Source: a candidate division WOR-3 bacterium (lineage in GTDB: Bacteria > Hydrothermota > Hydrothermia > JBDRYB01). From it: a stretch of 64,000 nt of DNA. The notes beneath the pieces are model-generated. The model had not been told where the DNA came from. It did not search any database and saw only the letters and a list, made by a program, of their open reading frames with translations. The stretch spans positions 45,331 through 109,330 of the forward strand of contig JBDRYB010000006.1 of the NCBI GenBank assembly GCA_039803205.1, given 5' to 3'. Both the position numbers and the translations under genes were made by a program. Of the stretch, positions 57,636-64,000 are shown piece after piece (position 1 is the stretch's first letter; each line of letters opens with the position of its first letter).

Positions 57636-58511
57636 ATGTTCGGAAAGATCATTTGGACTACGGATTTTTCGGAGAACGCGAAGGCTTCCCTGCCCTACGC
57701 GGAGGAAATAGCATCCAGGTTTGATGCTGACCTCATTCTGGTTCATGTGCTTCTGGACATCCCGCTTTTCTACGCCTCTTTCCTGGGGGATTCCTCAGCC
57801 TACCTCTCGGCTTTGGACAAAGCGAGACAGGAGGCATCCGGAGAGCTAGAGGCTATTGCCAGGCAGATAAGGAACAGGGGGGTAGCCGCTAGGGTAATGC
57901 TTCTTGAGGGAAGCCCCCACTCTGAGATAACTGATTTCGCTGAGAAGGAAGGGGCGGACCTCATCGTGATGTCAACCAGAGGGGTCAGGGGCCTTGAAAG
58001 GATATTCATAGGCTCAACAACGGAGAAGGTTGTCCGGAACGCGACATGCCCCGTTTTAACGATACACGAGAAACCGGATCTTCCCCTGAAAATAAAGAAT
58101 ATCCTGCTTTTGACCGACCTCTCCGAGCTCTCAAAGAAGGCCATTCCGGTCGCGGCTCAGCTCTCAGGAACCATAGGGGCAAAACTGACCATGCTCCACA
58201 TCATGGAAACGGGCGTTCCGCTGAGCAAGGAGGATGAGGGCGCGCTCGCTGATGCCCTGAAAAGAGTAATGGAAAGCCATCTTGCCGAAGTCGTAAGCCC
58301 AGATTTCAAAGAAAAGGTGGATCTGGCGGTCCTAAAGGCATCAGATGCCGTAGCCGGGATTGGTCGTTTCTGCGAGGAAAACCCCGTTGACCTCATAGTG
58401 ATGGCAACCCACGGAAGGGGAGGCCTCAGGAGGGCGCTTATAGGGAGCGTCGCTGAAAAGGTTCTCAGAAACCTGCGCGTTCCTGTTCTAACCGTAAGGA
58501 CAAGGCAATAA
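57636..58511 (+). CDS. Tandem-domain universal stress protein
   Basis: TDFS, DLIVM.T.G..G....IGS..EKV, present twice. Confidence 0.93.
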   Translation: MFGKIIWTTDFSENAKASLPYAEEIASRFDADLILVHVLLDIPLFYASFLGDSSAYLSALDKARQEASGELEAIARQIRNRGVAARVMLLEGSPHSEITDFAEKEGADLIVMSTRGVRGLERIFIGSTTEKVVRNATCPVLTIHEKPDLPLKIKNILLLTDLSELSKKAIPVAAQLSGTIGAKLTMLHIMETGVPLSKEDEGALADALKRVMESHLAEVVSPDFKEKVDLAVLKASDAVAGIGRFCEENPVDLIVMATHGRGGLRRALIGSVAEKVLRNLRVPVLTVRTRQ

Positions 58512-58573
58512 ATTGTTCACCCGTCAACCCTCTGGGGCAGGTTTTCGCGTCTTATCTCAAAAGAGAACCGCTG

Positions 58574-59755
58574 ATGACTTTCATTCCCTTGATCCTATGC
58601 CTTGATGTCAACTTGCACCTTCAGGGCATAAGCACAACCTCACAGCAGTTTCTCCTGGAAGAGCTGAGGCTTGACGACTTCGTTGCCATAGAAAGTCAAT
58701 CAGAACTGGATTCCCTGGTAGCTGACAGGGAAAGGGGGTTGATGGCAACGGGTTGTTTCGCGCTCGTGAAGGGAGCGGGCGCAATGGGCGACTCAACGGT
58801 TGAGCTGTGGTTTGCTTTCTACGAAATGCCCCCGGTGATCCCTTCGCCCACCCTGGGCTATGATGATAGGAGCGGTTGGACAGCGGGATTAGCGTTGGGT
58901 TTTCCTAACCTATGGGGCAAAGCGCACAAGGCAAGGTTTGGCGGGTATATCGGGGGCCAGGATGCCCTTGTCGCCACTTATATAAAACCCCCAACCCCTG
59001 GCCACCCTGGAGCGCTTGAGCTCTCGGGATCCTGGGGGGGATTGAGCTGGGCGCACGAGGGGATGTTTGAGAGAAGGAGATCCGGTTCGCTGAGCCTCGG
59101 TAGGGCATTTAGGTGGCCGGATCTCCTCAAGTTTGGCGTCTCATATGAAAATAGGCTATTTGACACTACCGTGTGCATGGGAGGGGATAGCTCTGATGAA
59201 CTCATCATCTGGACCCTTTCGTGGAACAGATCTGATCTTGACAATCCGATAAACCCAAAGAAAGGAACATCCGTTGAGTTTAACTTCTCATCATCGCACG
59301 AGCTCACCGGCCACGGCACATTCCAGGGCTTTTTCGTGAACGCGAGAGGTTTCGGCACCATAGGAAGGCTCACGGTGGCTGGGCGGATGAGGCTGGAAAT
59401 GTTCTCCCATGAAACACCATACTACAAAAGGCAATACCTGGGCGGGCTCTATGCTCTCAGAAGCTACCCATATCCAACCGAGACCGGGCCCTCCCGTCTT
59501 TTACTCACCCTGGAGGCGAGGAACCTCGTTTATACATGGACCCATCCAGGCCTTCCTGTCCCCATTGAGCTTTATCTGGTGCCATTCGCGGAGGCTGGAA
59601 CCGTAGGAACAGGGGAGGATTTTGGGCCTTATCTCTGGGGAACTGGCATCGGTGGGGGCGTATCCAGCCAGCTCTCCGGTTTCATGGGCGGAGATGTCTC
59701 GTTTAACGGGGACAGCAGATGGGCCCTCCACGCGTATGTTGGATGGCTGTTCTAG
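58574..59755 (+). CDS. Omp85 (BamA/TamA-like) protein with a single POTRA-like domain
   Basis: NLWG, D.DNP.NP.KG, LGG...LRSY, terminal WLF. Confidence 0.75.
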   Translation: MTFIPLILCLDVNLHLQGISTTSQQFLLEELRLDDFVAIESQSELDSLVADRERGLMATGCFALVKGAGAMGDSTVELWFAFYEMPPVIPSPTLGYDDRSGWTAGLALGFPNLWGKAHKARFGGYIGGQDALVATYIKPPTPGHPGALELSGSWGGLSWAHEGMFERRRSGSLSLGRAFRWPDLLKFGVSYENRLFDTTVCMGGDSSDELIIWTLSWNRSDLDNPINPKKGTSVEFNFSSSHELTGHGTFQGFFVNARGFGTIGRLTVAGRMRLEMFSHETPYYKRQYLGGLYALRSYPYPTETGPSRLLLTLEARNLVYTWTHPGLPVPIELYLVPFAEAGTVGTGEDFGPYLWGTGIGGGVSSQLSGFMGGDVSFNGDSRWALHAYVGWLF

Positions 59756-59859
59756 CTTGAAATAATCTGCCCTCCGGCTCTAGAATTTCCATCTCCCTAG
59801 AAACGATTTTCTTGGGGATGAGGATTAAGGGAAAGGATTTTTGATTGAGGAGGTTTAAG

Positions 59860-60660
59860 ATGAGAAAGGCAACAGGAGCGGCAATCGTCCTGGCTCTGGC
59901 CTGGACACTCATAGGATGTCAGAAGGAGAAAACTGACGAGGACCTAATAAGGGAAGCGGTTCTGAACTCGGAGTACTTCGGTTCAAGGAGCATAGAGGGA
60001 AGGCCGGGAAGCTTTACGGCTATGGACAGCCTGGACTACTGGACATGGTGGAGAGACCAGATTACGCATCCGGATCCGAACCTAGAGATATACAGGGTTG
60101 AGGACTCAGCGCATGTGATCTTCTCCGGAAAATCCATAGGGACATTCCACATCCTGACCTGGACCCAAGGAGAGAAAACGAAGCCCTTCGGGGATAGCGC
60201 AACCATAGAGGGAATAGTCAAGAAAAACGATGCGGGCGAGTGGGAGGTAACCGATGTCTCCGGAGTCCACGCCATAAGCCACGCAAACCCCCCGGACTAC
60301 ACCATAGATAGCATATGGGTCAAGATCGGCCCCAACGAAAGGGTTTTCACCGACCCCCTGCAGATGTTTCCCCTATCGGATGTGATGGTATATACCATTG
60401 GAAGCGGCGATACCATAAAGTGCAGAGTCTACGCATCAACAATGGGCCTGGATGGAGCCCTGCACATCATAGGCCAGAACGAGCACAACAGGCTTGACTT
60501 CCAGGATTCCTCTAGCTACTTCTATTCCCAGGATACCCACGGCCCAGCCAAGCAAGGCGTCCACTTCGTAGCCGTTGACCTTTTTGATAAGGCATGCCTT
60601 GAGCACGCTGACACGGCATACGAGTGCAGGATCTGGCTTATACCCTTTAGGGCAGAGTGA
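59860..60660 (+). CDS. Hypothetical lipoprotein
   Basis: RBS GAGGAGG; lipobox LIGC. Confidence 0.7.
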   Translation: MRKATGAAIVLALAWTLIGCQKEKTDEDLIREAVLNSEYFGSRSIEGRPGSFTAMDSLDYWTWWRDQITHPDPNLEIYRVEDSAHVIFSGKSIGTFHILTWTQGEKTKPFGDSATIEGIVKKNDAGEWEVTDVSGVHAISHANPPDYTIDSIWVKIGPNERVFTDPLQMFPLSDVMVYTIGSGDTIKCRVYASTMGLDGALHIIGQNEHNRLDFQDSSSYFYSQDTHGPAKQGVHFVAVDLFDKACLEHADTAYECRIWLIPFRAE

Positions 60661-60867
60661 AGAAGCTAAACAAAGTGATACCGATTGATTTGGGGCAAGG
60701 CTAAGGCCTTTTGTTCACCTACTGGTCAAGATCTGTCCGGATTTCCGGGCACCTTAGGGGCCACTCTACAACCTGAGGGATTAAATTATAAACTCCTAGA
60801 GGCTCGTCAGTGCACAAGGCGCTAACGAGCCGTATCCCTGCAAGACTTAAGGAACCTCTCGTTCTGC

Positions 60868-61290
60868 CTAGCTATGGTCGTCCTCCTTGTTGAAGAAGTA
60901 GTTCCTGGCTTTTAGCATGTTGTTGGCTCCCTTCACGCTCCAACTGGCTCCTGGGATCTTGAGCCTCCTGGTTATTAGGAGGTCAACATACCTCTCGGAT
61001 GCGGATTGTCTGAATAACCTGGCTGAGCACAGCTTGAGAACCAGTAATGACACCCCTGGGGTTTGGGAGGGAATTCTCATTTGGTGGGTGCCTTTGAGGT
61101 TATTATCCTCTGGAAGGCCTCAGAGGCCATATCCCTGCCTGCTTCTCCTCAACGAGTTTCATCCAGACCTCAGGTTGATCTATACTTATCTCATCCAGCT
61201 CTATCTGGATGCTCACGGTCCTAGTGATCGTGATGGGCCATCTCCTTTCATCTTTCTTTTTTCCATACCTCTCAGAGGAGGTGGCCCATA
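60868..61290 (-). mobile_element. Internally deleted transposase remnant (ISLre2/ISKra4-like C-terminus)
   Basis: S..ER.VD..I.RRLK..G.SWS.KGA.NML..R resembles the C-terminal motif of these families; frames are broken. Confidence 0.55.
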
Positions 61291-61548
61291 TTCTAATCCA
61301 AAGGCCGAATCCGGGCCGGTTGTGCCCGGGAAACTGGACGGAACCGCGGAAGAACTAATTTTCCCTCGTGCATGTATCCGGGCTCAGAATCTACTGGTGG
61401 TTCCTCTGGTTTGGTTATTCTCCTTGGGTGTGAATGAAAATGCCCCCTCTCGCTTGTTTATCCTCGCACCTCGGAAAGGCGCCCGTGCCAAACCCTCCGG
61501 GAAGGCTGGCACAGCTAGCTAGAAATATCATCAAAATAAGCAAGCGGT

Positions 61549-62316
61549 TCATTTCCCCCTTTTGACCAACCTTGAGAGCAAAAGACCGAGCTCAAAAAGG
61601 AGTATGAGTGGAACAGCGAGGAATATCTGGGTGATGAAATCAACCGTCGGGGTCACGACAGCGGCCACTATAAAAGCCAGGACTATGATGTAGGCCCTCT
61701 TTTTGGCAAGAGAGCGTGGGTCAAGGAGGCCCATTCCCGTTAGCGCGACCATGATGGTAGGAGTCTCAAACAGGAGGCCAAAGGCTATTGTCATGAATAT
61801 CACGAAGTTTATGTAGCCTGAGGCTCCGAAGAAAGGTGACATAGCAGAACCGCCGAACGAAGCGAGAAACCTTACGCCCAGGGGAACTGCGAACCAGAGC
61901 GCGAGGGCGCATCCGAGGTAGAACATGATTATTGAGAATATCAGGAATGGCAGTGCCCAGAGCTTCTCCTTGCGTCTAAGACCAGGCGCGACAAAAGCCC
62001 ATGCCTCGCCGAGGATGTAAGGAGCGGATATTATGAGTCCAACAACCAAAGCTACCTTGAGCCTCACCCAGAAGGCCTCCTGCGGTGCGAAGAAATACAG
62101 CTTTTCAATTGGTGAGGAAAGCAATCGGGCAAGCCTCTCCCCGCCTGGAATGCTCAGCACGAACCCGGGCAGGGTTGGGGAGGCAATAAACCGGATTATC
62201 CTCTCTCCGAATGCATATGAGCCTGAGGAGGCTATTGCCAGGACGATAATGCTTCTCACTATGGCCCACCTCAGGGTTTCAAGGTGATACACAAGCGAAT
62301 GCTCATGATCCAGCAT
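61549..62316 (-). CDS. tatC: Twin-arginine translocase TatC
   Basis: HLE.LR, P.E.F, W.FVAPGL...EK, FG..FE.P, TP..D. Confidence 0.95.
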   Translation of the reverse strand: MLDHEHSLVYHLETLRWAIVRSIIVLAIASSGSYAFGERIIRFIASPTLPGFVLSIPGGERLARLLSSPIEKLYFFAPQEAFWVRLKVALVVGLIISAPYILGEAWAFVAPGLRRKEKLWALPFLIFSIIMFYLGCALALWFAVPLGVRFLASFGGSAMSPFFGASGYINFVIFMTIAFGLLFETPTIMVALTGMGLLDPRSLAKKRAYIIVLAFIVAAVVTPTVDFITQIFLAVPLILLFELGLLLSRLVKRGK

Positions 62317-63472
62317 GGGCCTTTCTTTCTCCCCTTGTCATATCGTAGACTGTCCTTATCAAATTCTCATAGCTCTCGCTCATCTCAATCCCCCTCCTGG
62401 ACATCACCCTTTTGGCAACGGCTATTGCCTCGTCTAGCCTGTATTCGTTGAAATCAGGGTATCCCCAGGAAAAAGAGGGAATGAATTTCGGCGTGATCCC
62501 TGAGCCAAATAGGTTGGCGAACACGCCGATAACCGCGCCCGTTGTTATTGTCGTGTTTATCCCGGTCTTTGAGTGATCCCCGAATGTTGGGCCGAGGAAC
62601 TGAAGCCCCGTTTCAACTACCTTTCCATCAAGCCATGCCCTTATGGTGCCATAGGTGTTTTTTAGGTCTGATACCTCGGTTCCGGCGCCTATGTTGACCC
62701 ATTCTCCGAGGTAAGCGTGGCCGAGGAACCCCTCGTGCTGTTTGTTTGAATAACCCTGGATTATCGTCTCTGAGAGCTCTCCGCCTATCTTGCACACTGG
62801 GCCAAGGCTAGTTCCCCCATATATCCTTGCTCCTGCCTTTATCAGAGAACCCTCCCCTATGAATGCTGGGCCCTGAATGAAGGAGTTCGGCATGATGGTG
62901 GATCCCTTGTCTATGAAAACAGGGCCCTCCTCCCCATCAATTACGACGCCGGGGTAGACCCTCGTCCCTTCCTTGATGATGACATGGCCAAGGAGGGTCG
63001 CGTCAGGATGGACATCCCCAAGGTTCTCAGGCCTCATGCTGGCCAGATCGCAAAAAAGCGCCCCCGGATTGAAGTGAACGAGGTTCCAGAACCTCCCTAT
63101 GACTCTAGCCCTTATCCTGATCTTCTCTGTCGCGGCTTCGGCCAGATTGAAAAGCCCCTCGCGCATATCCCTTGTTCGTGTCCTTATCGCGATGGGTTCA
63201 CCATCCTCGGAAAAGAGAGCGGTGCCGGGGCCGAGCTCGGGCCTCTGCTCCGCGGGGATGAAATCCGTCCTTGAGAGCAGAACCTCGCCATCAGGTATAT
63301 CTTCGTTCAGCCCGAGCCAATCCCGCGCTGGTCTCAGGCTTGACCTAGTGCCCCAGAAGGCTTCTGCCCTTTGTCTGAGAGTCGTGGCGCCGAATCTCAG
63401 TTCCCAAACGGGCCTCATCCAGGTAAGGGGCAGGAAATCCCGCCAATTATCCTCAGTAAGAACAAGCTTCAC
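62303..63472 (-). CDS. GlmU-like putative sugar nucleotidyltransferase with hexapeptide repeats
   Basis: PLT..RP..ELR.G; YSNKQHEGFLGH; SDLKN.Y. Start refined to GTG 63472. Confidence 0.85.
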   Translation of the reverse strand: MKLVLTEDNWRDFLPLTWMRPVWELRFGATTLRQRAEAFWGTRSSLRPARDWLGLNEDIPDGEVLLSRTDFIPAEQRPELGPGTALFSEDGEPIAIRTRTRDMREGLFNLAEAATEKIRIRARVIGRFWNLVHFNPGALFCDLASMRPENLGDVHPDATLLGHVIIKEGTRVYPGVVIDGEEGPVFIDKGSTIMPNSFIQGPAFIGEGSLIKAGARIYGGTSLGPVCKIGGELSETIIQGYSNKQHEGFLGHAYLGEWVNIGAGTEVSDLKNTYGTIRAWLDGKVVETGLQFLGPTFGDHSKTGINTTITTGAVIGVFANLFGSGITPKFIPSFSWGYPDFNEYRLDEAIAVAKRVMSRRGIEMSESYENLIRTVYDMTRGERKAHAGS

Positions 63473-63551
63473 TCCCATATTATAGCGGCTAGTCCCAGGC
63501 CCTTGCACCCAACGCATAGCTCCAAAAAAAATAAGATCACCCAAACGCGAA

Positions 63552-64000
63552 ATGGTGTTTCAAAAATGTGATCACCGAATACGACCCTCAGATAGGCATG
63601 GTGTTATAGTCCCTCGTGAAGAGAAACTCATCAGGGAGCTCCTCAGCCTCTCACCCTCAACAGCATACAGGCTCATGAGAGCAGCTGACACATGCGAGCA
63701 TTCAGGAGGATTTCATGAGGGCAGATACATCCACACCCTAACCATAACTGACATTAGAACAGGCTGGACCCTCCTGTCAGCCAATCTCGGCCTCAGAGCT
63801 GAGGAGTTCAAGGAGCTCATAAGCAAGTGCCTCAGGAGGTATCCTGTTAAGGTGAAGACCTTTCAGACAGATGGGGGGCCTGAGTTCCTGAACACCATCC
63901 TTGAGGACTACACCAAGAGAAGGGGAATAAGGTTCATAGCCTCAAGGCCGTATAAGAGCAACGACCAGGCCCATGTTGAGGAGAGGCACAACCATGTGGT
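63552..64000 (+). mobile_element. DDE/integrase-core transposase (ISNCY/IS481-like), partial and apparently deleted at the 5' end
   Basis: Translated by hand: D...H.GG...G.Y..TLT.TDI.TGWT, QTDGG.EF.N, SRPYK.NDQAHVE; runs off the window. Confidence 0.75.

Noticed and set aside
60801..60860. Resemblance to the first stem of an IscB omega-RNA
   Set aside because: Only a short stem matches, and there is no IscB/TnpB ORF nearby.
60917..61522. 201-aa plus-strand ORF
   Set aside because: Antisense to the transposase remnant, no RBS, no recognisable motifs.

Overview
Mostly core chromosome of a moderately GC-rich, probably thermophilic and anaerobic diderm bacterium of the FCB neighbourhood. The gene content (T9SS-type C-terminal domains, PorV/PorZ/PorE-like genes, NurA, hydrogenase maturation) resembles candidate phylum WOR-3; this placement is inference only. 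Housekeeping genes: prs-rplY-pth, recJ, mre11/sbcD-rad50/sbcC, nurA, EF-G paralogue, glutamine-dependent nadE, hydrogenase protease-hypA-hypB, tatC, a GlmU-like nucleotidyltransferase, a USP and an Ntn asparaginase. Envelope and secretion genes: a 13.7 kb exbB-exbD-exbD-tonB-TBDR-PorV-cargo cluster and many T9SS-type cargo proteins. Defence: a DUF2357/McrC-like nuclease paired with an McrB-like AAA+ GTPase carrying recently amplified HEAT repeats, and a solo HsdR_N nuclease; both lie next to GTAG-type REP hairpins. Three transposase remnants. No rRNA, tRNA or CRISPR array was seen. Best leads: (1) the HEAT-repeat McrB-like system; (2) ultra-short, uncharged N-terminal signal peptides on about nine exported proteins; (3) pervasive leaderless genes (TANNNT-N6-start codon); (4) a catalytically dead metalloprotease paralogue inside the TonB/PorV operon; (5) an unassigned structured RNA candidate at 7548-7646. 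All calls come from reading motifs by eye; no database searches were run.
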